This document shows, in pieces, positions 37,022 through 50,427 of a stretch of 64,000 nucleotides of DNA (within the stretch, counting starts at the first letter, position 1; each line of letters begins with the position of its first letter). Position numbers and translations under genes: made by a program. This DNA comes from Vulcanimicrobiota bacterium (GTDB taxonomy: Bacteria > Vulcanimicrobiota > Vulcanimicrobiia > Vulcanimicrobiales > Vulcanimicrobiaceae). The notes under the pieces were generated by a model. The model worked only from the letters and a program-made list of their open reading frames with translations, was not told where the DNA came from and made no database searches. Location: the NCBI GenBank assembly GCA_963777315.1, contig CAVZQC010000004.1, positions 192,001 through 256,000 on the forward strand, written 5' to 3'.

Positions 37022-38865
37022 GCACCACCAAGATCGGGGCCGAAGTCATGGTCGAGCGCCTCATGCAATGGGGCGTGGACACGATCTTCGGATTGCCCGG
37101 CGACGGCATCAACGGCTTCATGGAAGCGCTGCGCAAACACAAGGACGACATCCGCTACATTCACGTGCGGCACGAGGAAGTCGGCGCCATGGCGGCCGTC
37201 GGTTACGCGAAGTTTACGGGAAAACTCGGCGTGTGCTTTGCGACTGCCGGACCGGGGGTCGTTCACATGATGAACGGAATGCTCGACGCGAAGTCCGAGC
37301 AGGCGCCGATTCTGGTTATCGGTGGAATGGCCTATCACGATCTGCAGGGCACGGACTATTTACAGGACATTCCCTCGGATCGCATCGTCGCGCCGCTGTG
37401 CGTGTACAGCGAGCGCATCATGGGGCCGCAGCACATCCATAACGTCGTCGATTTCGCAATCCGAAGCGCGCTCGGCATGCGGGGCGCAGCATACGTGGGC
37501 TTTCCCATCGATTATCAAGCCGCCGACGCCGAGGGCGGCAGCCGCTCGCACCGCAACATCAAAGGCCATACGTCGACCAACCTGCATTCGTACAAACGCG
37601 TTCCGCAGCGCGGCGAAGTCGAGGCGGCTGCGCGGCTGTTCGAAGGCAAGAGCAAGATCTGCATTTTAGCCGGCGCGGGAGCGCGCGGATGCCGCAAGGA
37701 GCTCGAGCAACTCGCCGAGCGGCTGGGCGCACCCATCGTCAAGGCGATGCTGGGCAAGGACTGCGTTCCCGACGACAGCCCGTATACCACCGGTTCCATC
37801 GCTTTGGTTGGAACGCAACCCTCGCAAGAAGCGATGAAGGGCTGCGAACTGCTGCTGATCGTCGGAAGCACGCTGCCGTATTTGGAATTCTATCCCAAAC
37901 CGGGACAGGCCGACATCGTGCAAATCGACGACAAGCCCGAGCGGCTCGGACTACGCGCGCCGGTTTCCTACGGCCTGTGCGGGGACGCTAAACTTACGCT
38001 GCAGATGCTGATCAATCACGTTCCACGCAACGACGATCGTTCGTTCCTCAAGCACGCCCAGGAGGGAATGAAGCAGTGGTGGGCGCTGATGGAAGAGCGC
38101 GGCACCCGGGACGCCGTTCCGATGCGCCCGCAGGTTCCGGCCTGGAGCCTGTGGCCGCACTTGGATGACGACGCGATCGTCTGCGGAGACTCGGGCACGG
38201 TTACGACGTGGGCCGCGCGCCAAATCAAAATTCGCGAAAATCAGTTGTTTTCGTTTTCGGGCACGAACTGCTCGATGGCCGCAGGCTTGCCGTACGCCAT
38301 CGGTGCGCAGGCCGCGTATCCGGGACGGCAAGTAGTCGCATTTACCGGAGACGGTTCGATGACGATGCAGCTGGGTGATTTCATCACGTGCGTGCAGCAC
38401 GATCTGCCGGTAAAGATTTTCGTGCTTCGCAACGACACGCTCGGATTGATCAAATGGGAGCAGATGGTGTTTTTAGGCAACCCCGAGTACGGCGTGCGCT
38501 TTGCGCCGATGGATTTCGTGAAGTTCGCCGAAGCCTGCGGCGCCAAAGGTTTTCGCATGGCCGATCCCAAGACCGCGGGCGACGTAGCCAAACAAGCGCT
38601 CAAACATCAGGGCCCTGCGATCGTGGAGTGCGTAGTCGATCAGCACGAGCCGCCCATGCCCGCCAAGGTCACCAAAGATCAGGCAGTGCACATGTATCAG
38701 GCGCTGGCCGAAGGTTCCCCCAATCGCAAGCGAATCGCGCTTACGATCGTGGGAGACGTGTTGGAGGAAAGCGGCTATGAGGCAAGCCCCGCGCACGTCA
38801 TTCCCAATCCCATTGGAAACGCGGCCAAGAAAGTGTTCGACATGCTCAGTACGCCCAAGGACTAG
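37018..38865 (+). CDS. Thiamine pyrophosphate-dependent pyruvate oxidase (PoxB/YdaP-like)
   Basis: IFGLPGDGING, VRHEE, TAGPG and the TPP motif TGDGS...LRND. Confidence 0.9.
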   Translation: MSTTKIGAEVMVERLMQWGVDTIFGLPGDGINGFMEALRKHKDDIRYIHVRHEEVGAMAAVGYAKFTGKLGVCFATAGPGVVHMMNGMLDAKSEQAPILVIGGMAYHDLQGTDYLQDIPSDRIVAPLCVYSERIMGPQHIHNVVDFAIRSALGMRGAAYVGFPIDYQAADAEGGSRSHRNIKGHTSTNLHSYKRVPQRGEVEAAARLFEGKSKICILAGAGARGCRKELEQLAERLGAPIVKAMLGKDCVPDDSPYTTGSIALVGTQPSQEAMKGCELLLIVGSTLPYLEFYPKPGQADIVQIDDKPERLGLRAPVSYGLCGDAKLTLQMLINHVPRNDDRSFLKHAQEGMKQWWALMEERGTRDAVPMRPQVPAWSLWPHLDDDAIVCGDSGTVTTWAARQIKIRENQLFSFSGTNCSMAAGLPYAIGAQAAYPGRQVVAFTGDGSMTMQLGDFITCVQHDLPVKIFVLRNDTLGLIKWEQMVFLGNPEYGVRFAPMDFVKFAEACGAKGFRMADPKTAGDVAKQALKHQGPAIVECVVDQHEPPMPAKVTKDQAVHMYQALAEGSPNRKRIALTIVGDVLEESGYEASPAHVIPNPIGNAAKKVFDMLSTPKD

Positions 38866-38877
38866 CGCGCGCTGGGG

Positions 38878-39252
38878 CTAGCGAGAAGCAGACTCGAAAA
38901 CCCGGTACGCCGAAAACTTGCCGTCGGGATCCAAGCGCACCACCACGTTCATCGATCCGCCGGCAAAGGCGGCGCGGTAGGTGTACTCGTTTTTGCGGGG
39001 ATTGTTGTTGACGAACGTTAGGCCGCGATAGTCGCCCAGTTTGTGCATCTGGTCGGACAGTATGCCCACTTCGGTGCGAGTCACTTGCGCCTTCAGGCCG
39101 TCGTCGAAATTTTGCGTGAGCGCGTTCACGTCGTCGTTATAGACCGCCTTGGTGGCGCCGTCGACGGTTCCTTGAACTCCACCGCCCTTGCCGCCTGCGC
39201 ATGCGGCCAGCGCGAGCGCTAGGCCCACGCCGGCCGGCAATGCGAATCGCAC
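38878..39252 (-). CDS. Small lipoprotein of unknown function
   Basis: Lipobox LALAAC. The GTG start abuts the upstream stop codon. Confidence 0.7.
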   Translation of the reverse strand: MRFALPAGVGLALALAACAGGKGGGVQGTVDGATKAVYNDDVNALTQNFDDGLKAQVTRTEVGILSDQMHKLGDYRGLTFVNNNPRKNEYTYRAAFAGGSMNVVVRLDPDGKFSAYRVFESASR

Positions 39253-39783
39253 CTACAGATTGCCCCAGCCGTAGGAGATCATGGCGACGTCGTTCGAGCG
39301 CGCTCGCGTCGATGCAACGTGGCGGGTCGACGAAACGCGGCGAGTCGATACAACGTTGCGGCGCGGCGCGGAGCGCGCGTGGTGCGCCGGCGCTGCATAC
39401 GCGACTTGGTGCACGGCGAATCCCGCTCCGGAAGCCATTGCGAGCTGATGGCGCTGCTGTTCGATGACGTTGTGCTGGTATGCCACCTCGCGCTTGAGAT
39501 CGACGATCTCCGCGATGGAGTTGTCATACGCGCGTTTTTCGCTGCTGTAGGCCGCCCAAGCGTCGTTGCTTTCGGACTGCAGCTCGGCCTGGCGGCGCGC
39601 GTCTTCGGCGTACCGTTCGTGCACTTTGCGGTTGTGCTGAATCACCAGATAGGTGGCCGCGCCGACCCCCAGCAGTATGTTGCGCGTGCTTGCCGCACCG
39701 TTGGCCAGTGCGGGAGCCGCTGGGACGGCCACGGCGAGCATGGCGGCTAGGGTGGTTCCGGCGATTGCCCGTGTGATGGTCAT
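39253..39783 (-). CDS. Secreted or membrane protein with a coiled coil, unknown function
   Basis: AAGGAG RBS before the ATG at 39783. Signal peptide ending PALA, a hydrophobic segment, a heptad region and an Arg/Ser/Thr-rich tail. Confidence 0.7.
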   Translation of the reverse strand: MTITRAIAGTTLAAMLAVAVPAAPALANGAASTRNILLGVGAATYLVIQHNRKVHERYAEDARRQAELQSESNDAWAAYSSEKRAYDNSIAEIVDLKREVAYQHNVIEQQRHQLAMASGAGFAVHQVAYAAPAHHARSAPRRNVVSTRRVSSTRHVASTRARSNDVAMISYGWGNL

Positions 39784-39799
39784 GTATCCGAACTCCTTC

Positions 39800-41926
39800 T
39801 CATCGCGTACAACGAACGGCGCGCTCGTCATTGTTCCCGTTTCCGACCGGAAGCGACAAACCAAGCGCAACCATAGCAGGCGTACCGTAGCGATCGATGC
39901 TCGACAGGTAGCGAGCGCCGGTCAGATTCTCAGCAGTGATGGTAAAGGCGGCTCCGTCTGCCAGCGGTATCCGCACGCGCGCGCCCACAAGCACCGACGT
40001 CCCAAGCGGCTGGGTGTTGAGGTCGTCGGCATAAGTCTGTCCCAGGTATGAAAGCGATGCGCCGACCCCGACCGAGCCCCATGCCGCCGCATAATCGACC
40101 GACGCCGACTGCTGGGGCACGTATTGCAACCGTTTGGCCAGCAGTACCGCCGGTCCGCCGCTCACGCGCGCGTTCTGATCGGTGAACCATGCCGCAACGC
40201 GGCCGCACTTTCCCGCGGCGCGCGTGTAGCTGACGGTGTAGCCGTCGGTTTGCGTACGCGCAACGTTGCTGCGCAACTCGTGCGAGGGGTCGATCGTACG
40301 GAACATGATCGCGTCGTTGACGCGAGTATCGAACACGTCCAGCGCCAAACGCGCGTTCGCATCGGCGTAGTCGAGTCCGGCGGACTGCGTGCGGCTTCGC
40401 TCGGGGACCAGCTGCGGGTTGGGCTGATAGGCCACATTGCCGATGAAGTAGCCGCGAACCAGTTCGTTCAGAAACGGCGGCCGGAAGCCCGAGCCGGTCG
40501 ATGCACGCAGCGCGAGCATTCGGGACAGACTGTAGCGAAGCGCAACGCGCGGCGAGATCCTCGCATCGGCGCGCGAAGGCGGGATTATGGCCGGCACGCC
40601 GCCGTTTGCGGCGTTGAGCAGCTGCTCGCCGTACGAACGCACCGAATCCACGCGCACGCCGCCAATGGCTTCAAAGCGAGCCGCGCGCCACGTCTCCTGT
40701 ACGGCAGCGCCTGCGAGATTCTGCGATCCGCTGCCCGCATTTTGAAACGCACCTCCCGTGCCGTATTGCAGCGCTTCGCCGCGCACGTGCCGCGCGTCCG
40801 CACGAATTTGGAACGTTGACCGACCGCTTGCGACCGTCCACGATACCGAACCACCGTTTTCGTTGGTCGGAACGTCTTGAACGTAACGCAGAACGCCCGG
40901 CTGGGTTGGAAAGCGATCGGCGATATTCACGATGAAGGCCGTGCGCTCGAAAGCCGTTGCCTGCAGACGGCCTTGCGAGCTCGAATGCGTGTAGCGCAGG
41001 TCCGTTTGCGCAAGGCGGCGCGCAAACGTGTAGTTGGAGCGTCCTTCGAATTGATCGTCCCAAGCGTTGCGCCGGCCCACTTCGATGGCATCGCTATTGC
41101 CGGCACGGTACCGCACTCGCAGCGACGCCATGCTCGCGTCCGACTGCGCGGGCGCATCGATCGAACTTTGATAGGCCGGCGGAAGATCCCAATACTGCAT
41201 CCTCTGCTGCTCCACCCGAACGGATGCGCCCACGCGAGGCGTTATCCAAGCGCTTGCGCCGGCGGACTGGCGACTGTAGTCCTGCGTGCCGGCGGTGAAA
41301 GCGACGCTGCCCGCTGCTGCCGTACCGGTTAACGCGGGCGGACCAAACGTTTGCAGATCGAGCACGCCGCCGACTGCGCCCGCGCCGTACAGTGCAGAAC
41401 CGGCTCCCAGCAGCAGCTCGGCGCGCTCGATGTCGTCGGCGGGATACGCCGCCCAATCGACTTGTCCGCCGAAACCGTCCTGCGCCGGAATGTCGTCCGC
41501 AAGAACCAGTCCGCGATCGTTGCCCGCGCCGGCAAAAGAAACGCGCAGCAAGCCGTAATTGGAGAACATGCTGTTGCTGCGGGTGCGATCGAACCCGGGC
41601 AGGCGGCGCAACAGCGCATCGCCGGTCGTCGCTTCGGCGGATTCCACTGCCGCCCGATCGAGCACGGAGGCTGCGACCGGTAAGGTATGAAGCGTTTGAT
41701 TCGAGCCCGTGGCGACGCGCACGGCGGCAATGACGGGCAGCGCACGCACCAGCATAATCGTACGAACCTGGGGAGTTATGACCACCGTGCGCGGTTCGAA
41801 ACCGGGCGCCGTCGCGCGCGCTTGCTTGGCGGAAACCATTACGACGGTTGCGCCGGCAATGGGCTTGCCGTTCTCGTCGACGACCACGGGCGCGGCCGAA
41901 GCGGCGGCCAAAAGGGCTACCGCCAT
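39800..41926 (-). CDS. TonB-dependent outer-membrane receptor
   Basis: Plug motifs LLRRLPG and IERAELLLGAGSALYGAGAVGGV. Barrel motifs GFRPPFLNEL, PNPQLVPERS and AENLTGARY. Start approximate. Confidence 0.88.
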   Translation of the reverse strand: MAVALLAAASAAPVVVDENGKPIAGATVVMVSAKQARATAPGFEPRTVVITPQVRTIMLVRALPVIAAVRVATGSNQTLHTLPVAASVLDRAAVESAEATTGDALLRRLPGFDRTRSNSMFSNYGLLRVSFAGAGNDRGLVLADDIPAQDGFGGQVDWAAYPADDIERAELLLGAGSALYGAGAVGGVLDLQTFGPPALTGTAAAGSVAFTAGTQDYSRQSAGASAWITPRVGASVRVEQQRMQYWDLPPAYQSSIDAPAQSDASMASLRVRYRAGNSDAIEVGRRNAWDDQFEGRSNYTFARRLAQTDLRYTHSSSQGRLQATAFERTAFIVNIADRFPTQPGVLRYVQDVPTNENGGSVSWTVASGRSTFQIRADARHVRGEALQYGTGGAFQNAGSGSQNLAGAAVQETWRAARFEAIGGVRVDSVRSYGEQLLNAANGGVPAIIPPSRADARISPRVALRYSLSRMLALRASTGSGFRPPFLNELVRGYFIGNVAYQPNPQLVPERSRTQSAGLDYADANARLALDVFDTRVNDAIMFRTIDPSHELRSNVARTQTDGYTVSYTRAAGKCGRVAAWFTDQNARVSGGPAVLLAKRLQYVPQQSASVDYAAAWGSVGVGASLSYLGQTYADDLNTQPLGTSVLVGARVRIPLADGAAFTITAENLTGARYLSSIDRYGTPAMVALGLSLPVGNGNNDERAVRCTR

Positions 41927-41972
41927 CAACAAGCAAGCGGGGCCGCTGCGGTGGTTAGGCAAAGTCAACCAT

Positions 41973-42887
41973 ATGAATACCCACGATCGCATCGGCATCG
42001 TCGGCACGGGCCGCATGGGCGCGAATATCGCCAGGCGCCTCAAAGACGTGGGATATGCGATTAGCGCCTTGTACGACGTTCGCTCCGAGAGCGCGCAGGA
42101 AATCGCGCGGGAAACGGGCGGCGAGGCCAGCGCGACGCTCGCGCGCGTCACCGAGCTGAGCGAGGTCATCGTAACGGTCGTTAGCGACGACGCCGCAATG
42201 TACGAGGTCTTCGCTGAATCGGGCGATTCATTGCTTGAGAATGTCCGCGGAAAATATTTCATCAACTGCGCAACGATATCGCCGCACGTTCATGTCGACG
42301 TTCAACGCTTGTGCGAAGAGCGCGGAGCGCACTCGATTGAAGCCTGCATGGCAAGCTCGATTCCGCAAGCGCGCCAGGGCACGCTCTACCTGATGTGCGC
42401 AGGGCGAAAGGAAGATTTCGAGCACGTACGTCCGCTGCTTGAAAGCATGAGCTCGTCGCTGCGTTACATCGGCGCGGCGGGCACGGCGGCGCAAGTCAAA
42501 GCCTTGGTCAACATGGTGATGAACGTCAACACCGCCGGACTTGCCGAAGGCCTGGGGTTAGGCGATGCGCTCGGCCTGGATTTGACGATGCTGCGCGAAG
42601 TGTTCGCTCAAACCGGTGCCGCCTCGCGCGTGCTGGAAACCGACGGCGCCGACATGCAGAACCGCGATCACGAATGTTATTTTTCCGCGGCGCACGCCGC
42701 CAAAGATTCGGGTATCGCGGTCGCGCTGGCCGGCCGGCTCGGCCTGGACGTGCCGCTGGCCCAATCCACGCGCGATCAGTACGAGCGGATGAAAGGCGCC
42801 GGACTTGGCGAACTGGATAAATCCGCGGTGTCGGAGTTGACGTTCACACAACGCCGCCCGCTCGCAACGCAAGAAAGGACCTCATGA
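41973..42887 (+). CDS. NAD(P)-dependent oxidoreductase, 3-hydroxyisobutyrate dehydrogenase family
   Basis: IGIVGTGRMGANIARRL, VKALVN and AAKDSGIA. Confidence 0.9.
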   Translation: MNTHDRIGIVGTGRMGANIARRLKDVGYAISALYDVRSESAQEIARETGGEASATLARVTELSEVIVTVVSDDAAMYEVFAESGDSLLENVRGKYFINCATISPHVHVDVQRLCEERGAHSIEACMASSIPQARQGTLYLMCAGRKEDFEHVRPLLESMSSSLRYIGAAGTAAQVKALVNMVMNVNTAGLAEGLGLGDALGLDLTMLREVFAQTGAASRVLETDGADMQNRDHECYFSAAHAAKDSGIAVALAGRLGLDVPLAQSTRDQYERMKGAGLGELDKSAVSELTFTQRRPLATQERTS

Positions 42888-43354
42888 TGATGACAACCGG
42901 CGACAAAGTCGTCCCGATCATCAGTTCCCTGACCGTAGGACCGCTGGGCGTACCGCAACTGCCTCGTCTATGGACGAAACTCACATTGGCCGCGGCGGGA
43001 CGCTTGCCGGAGGGCTACTCCGAGTGCGGACAAGGCTTCGATCAAATGGTCCTGACGAATCTGCACTTGAATCGCGACGAAGTCGTTCAATACGTCCGTG
43101 AGAACAAGCCGACGTACGTCGAGTTCGAGCAATGGGTGCTGGATAAGAACAACGGACGCATCGACCCGCAAGACGTCGCAAACATCGATCGGTCTATCCG
43201 CGAATACCGGCACAGGGACGAATTGAGTCAGTCGATCCGCACCTCGTGCGGCATAACGGACGCGGGCGTCAAAGACGGCGCAACGCTCAATCTGTTGGAA
43301 GACTTGAACGATCTGCACGCCCAGACCACCGGAAAGCAGGCGGCCAGGCAGTAA
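42884..43354 (+). CDS. Hypothetical protein, DUF5069-like
   Basis: GPLGVPQLPRLWTK...GRLPEGY...GQGFD pattern. Coupled by an ATGA overlap. Confidence 0.6.
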   Translation: MMMTTGDKVVPIISSLTVGPLGVPQLPRLWTKLTLAAAGRLPEGYSECGQGFDQMVLTNLHLNRDEVVQYVRENKPTYVEFEQWVLDKNNGRIDPQDVANIDRSIREYRHRDELSQSIRTSCGITDAGVKDGATLNLLEDLNDLHAQTTGKQAARQ

Positions 43355-43371
43355 GCGCGTATAGCCTGCGC

Positions 43372-44190
43372 GTGATACATACCGAAGAACGTATCAGGCT
43401 CGACGACGGCGCCGAAACGATTCTCGAGCGATGGGGTTCGAGCGGCCCCGTGTTTTTGTGCGTGCACGGTATGACCAGCTCGCGCAAATCGTGGGAGCGG
43501 TTTGCCCTGCATTACGCCGAGCGAGCGCGCATCTATGCCTACGATCAGCGCGGCCACGGCGATTCGGCGAACGTGAGCGGCCCGATGATGCTGCATCGCG
43601 CGCTGCTGGATTTGTACAACGTCATGGATGCGCTGCCCGAGCCGGTAGATACGCTGGCCGGCCATTCTTGGGGCGGCGCGGTGGCGATTTTGGGAGGCAG
43701 GCGTTTCGACGTGACCGGCGTGGTCGCGGTCGACCCGATGATTCGGCAAGCCGACAACCCCTGGTACGATGAGTTTCTTGCCGAGCTCAAAGCGCTCTTC
43801 GCGCACAAAGGCGCAGCGCGAGACGCCAAAGTCGAGCAAGACTACGGTAAACTGGGCTGGGGACGCATCGACGTCGAGCGCAAAAAGCATGCGGTTCGCA
43901 ACATGACGGCGCTTCCCATAGAGCGGCTGCGCGACGAAAATCCGCCCGAAACCTGGGACCTGCGCCGCGATCTGGACGAATATCCCAAACCGCTGTTGCT
44001 CGCAGTTGCCGATCCGTCCGGCAGCGTCGTGACCCTCGAGGATCTCAAATACGTGCGCGAGCACGGGGGCCCGAACGTCGCCATCCGCGTGTTCGAAGAC
44101 CAAGGTCACAACCTTCACCGAACCGCGTTCGACCGCTTCGTTGGGGAAGTCGACGTTTTTCTGGAACGCACGGTGCCCTTATCGTCCTAG
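43372..44190 (+). CDS. Alpha/beta-fold hydrolase
   Basis: VHGMTSS, DQRGHGDS, the GHSWGG nucleophile elbow and GHNLH. Confidence 0.92.
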   Translation: MIHTEERIRLDDGAETILERWGSSGPVFLCVHGMTSSRKSWERFALHYAERARIYAYDQRGHGDSANVSGPMMLHRALLDLYNVMDALPEPVDTLAGHSWGGAVAILGGRRFDVTGVVAVDPMIRQADNPWYDEFLAELKALFAHKGAARDAKVEQDYGKLGWGRIDVERKKHAVRNMTALPIERLRDENPPETWDLRRDLDEYPKPLLLAVADPSGSVVTLEDLKYVREHGGPNVAIRVFEDQGHNLHRTAFDRFVGEVDVFLERTVPLSS

Positions 44191-44211
44191 GCGGCAGCCA
44201 AGCAGCCGAAC

Positions 44212-44240
44212 TTGCATGGCAGGGCGGCGCGCTGTACAAT
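44212..44240 (+). promoter_or_regulatory. Sigma70-type promoter of rpoC
   Basis: TTGCAT-17 nt-TACAAT. Confidence 0.8.
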
Positions 44241-44405
44241 ATCCGCCTGTGCCCCGCACCCGATAAATAGACGTCCGACGGCCCGCATGCGGGTCTATCG
44301 GAGTTTCGGCCGGCCTATGGCAACGGTGGGACCCCTTACGTGACCACGTGAGATGAGGCGCCCTGCGTAAGCTGCGGACGGTGGCGGCGGCCTCGGGAAG
44401 ATACA

Positions 44406-48236
<3,831 letters not shown>

Positions 48237-48242
48237 AAACTT

Positions 48243-48275
48243 CGTTACCCTGAGCCTTCAAGGCTCAGGGTGGCG
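48243..48275. terminator. Strong hairpin after rpoC (terminator-like or REP-like)
   Basis: Perfect inverted repeat ACCCTGAGCCTT-C-AAGGCTCAGGGT (48247-48271), extendable with G-U pairs. No U-tract. Confidence 0.6.
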
Positions 48276-48292
48276 GGGGGAACGACGCGGCA

Positions 48293-48628
48293 ATGATCGT
48301 AAGTTGCATTCGTATGGTGCACCTCTCGCCGGCGCCGGCAGTGTCCGCGTCGCCGCAGCCCTGCTATCGCGACGCAAAACCAACATACATCTCCGAGCCG
48401 ATCTATCCGCGCGGGTACTATCCCGACAAGGCGGACGTCACGGTCCGCTTGGTGATCGGTCCCGACGGTAACTTGTCGGGCGGCGGCGTCTTGCAATCCA
48501 GCGGCATCGCCGCCTTCGATGCCTCGGCCATTCAAGCGGCCGAATTATCGCGCTTCGAACCGAAGATCGTCGATTGCAAACCGGTCACGGCGACGTACCT
48601 TTTCCGCGTGACCTTCCGGCCCCGTTAG
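48293..48628 (+). CDS. TonB C-terminal domain protein
   Basis: EPIYP, VTVRLVIGPDG and LQSSGIAAFDASAIQAA...RFEP. Confidence 0.78.
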   Translation: MIVSCIRMVHLSPAPAVSASPQPCYRDAKPTYISEPIYPRGYYPDKADVTVRLVIGPDGNLSGGGVLQSSGIAAFDASAIQAAELSRFEPKIVDCKPVTATYLFRVTFRPR

Positions 48629-48631
48629 ACG

Positions 48632-49336
48632 CTAACTCGTCAGCGCGATGCGAATCGCGTGCCCCATCCACAACGCGCTGATCAGTCCGGCAATCAGCAT
48701 CAGAACGGTGAACATGACCGGCGAGGCGCCTAAAACGAACGCGATGCTCATCGTGAACGCCATGAATACGCGCAAAGCGAATTCGGCCAGCAGCAGCGCG
48801 CCCCAGCAGAGCGTCAATGTTCGAATGCCGCGCCGGAAATAGGACGACCGCCAGAGCACTTCAAAACGTCCCGCGGGCAGCGCCTCATTGGCGGTGAGGA
48901 ATTCGCGAACGATGTAATATCCCAGCGGCTTTTTGAACAGCAGCGGCGATATCAGCAGCACCAAACCCAAAATTCCCGTTACGAACGATTCGCGCACGAG
49001 CAGCAGCCGCTGCCCTCCTCCCAGAAGCGCGCCCACGACGCCCGCGATCAAGCCCACGAGCACGATGAGGCCGACGATGTCGAAGCTGCGCCGCCGCACG
49101 AAATTCAATACGTTGGAAATGACGGGAACGAGCGAGGCGCCCAGCAGCGGCAGCACGCTCGTTTTGGCAAAATGCGGAAGCAGCAAGTAATAGACGAGCA
49201 TCGTTCCGCCGACGTCCAAAATCAGCGTGGGGATGAGAGCCCGAAAGCTCGCCAAGAGAAACCGCTGCGGCGCTTTGGCCGCTTCGTGCGGGTCTTCTAC
49301 GGGCGGTTCGGGCGGCGCAGTCGGCGGTGAAGTCAT
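48632..49336 (-). CDS. VC0807-like membrane protein
   Basis: About six TM segments. RLLLVRESFVTG, KPLGYY and LTLCWG...EFALRV. Confidence 0.7.
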   Translation of the reverse strand: MTSPPTAPPEPPVEDPHEAAKAPQRFLLASFRALIPTLILDVGGTMLVYYLLLPHFAKTSVLPLLGASLVPVISNVLNFVRRRSFDIVGLIVLVGLIAGVVGALLGGGQRLLLVRESFVTGILGLVLLISPLLFKKPLGYYIVREFLTANEALPAGRFEVLWRSSYFRRGIRTLTLCWGALLLAEFALRVFMAFTMSIAFVLGASPVMFTVLMLIAGLISALWMGHAIRIALTS

Positions 49337-49389
49337 GCGATCCGGTTCACGCTGCAGCTGTTGAGCATCGTCGCGGCACGGTCCTGTGT

Positions 49390-50421
49390 TTATGGCGGTA
49401 TGAAGAATAGACCGATAATGCCGACGCCGTAAAGAACCAGAACCAGAATCGAATCGAGTCCTGCGCCGAGCAGCATCTTGGTGGATCGCAGAATGACGCC
49501 CACGCAGTATACGGCCGTCAGCAGCGCGCCCAGGGCGGTCAAGTACAGATCCGGTCCCTTCGCGTCGGGCAACAGCGCCTGTCCGCTCAGCAGCGTTCCA
49601 AAGAGAAACAGCACCGGCAAAAATGCATTGCCGCCGACGATATCGCTCATCGCGAGCTCGTACCGCCCCGCGCGTACGGCGTACAGACCGGTCGTCACCT
49701 CAGGCAGCGCCGTAACTGCCGAGAGCACCGTTGCACCGAACAATATGCCCTGGAAGTGAATCCGATCCGCCAGCACGGCACTGCACAGCTCCAATCCGGC
49801 GCCGGCGGCCAGCGTGGCGAGCGCTGCGATGCCGAACAGCGCGAACACCGTACCGATCGAGCGTCGCTGCGGGTGTACGGCCGGGGCCGCCTCGGCAATT
49901 TCCTCGCGGGCAACGCGCCAGGCTTTGCGCTCTTCGTTGTGGCTGACGATCCAAAGACCGGCAATCCACGTGAGCAGAATGGCGATTTCCGCCGGCGTCA
50001 TGCGCGCGAAGATCAGCGATCGCGGCGAAAGTGCTCCCAAAATGCAGAACATCAGGATCGCGACCAGCACGAGTCCTTCCAGCACGATCGTCAATGACGA
50101 AACGGTCGCGGTGAGCGGACGTTTTCCGCGCAGTCCCGGTCCGTCGAGCAAGACCAGAACGACCGTTTGAATCGCGATGCCGCCCAAGATATTGCCGACC
50201 GCAACCGACAGACTGTGACTGAACACGGATCCGGCAACGATTGCGACCTCGGGCAGATTGGTCGCGATTGCCAGCAGCAGCGCGCCGCCCATTCCTTCGC
50301 CCCAGCCGAAATGCGCGTCGATCGCGTCGGTCGTTGAAGAGAGTATGCTGCCGGCCCACCAGACGAGGGCGCCGGCACACGCAAACAGCCCCACGATGAC
50401 CCATGTGGCGAGCCCCGACAC
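49390..50421 (-). CDS. Sodium:calcium (CaCA) antiporter family protein
   Basis: Alpha repeats LAIATNLPE...VGNILGG and VTALPE...DIVGGN. Confidence 0.88.
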   Translation of the reverse strand: MSGLATWVIVGLFACAGALVWWAGSILSSTTDAIDAHFGWGEGMGGALLLAIATNLPEVAIVAGSVFSHSLSVAVGNILGGIAIQTVVLVLLDGPGLRGKRPLTATVSSLTIVLEGLVLVAILMFCILGALSPRSLIFARMTPAEIAILLTWIAGLWIVSHNEERKAWRVAREEIAEAAPAVHPQRRSIGTVFALFGIAALATLAAGAGLELCSAVLADRIHFQGILFGATVLSAVTALPEVTTGLYAVRAGRYELAMSDIVGGNAFLPVLFLFGTLLSGQALLPDAKGPDLYLTALGALLTAVYCVGVILRSTKMLLGAGLDSILVLVLYGVGIIGLFFIPP

Positions 50422-50427
50422 GCGCGA

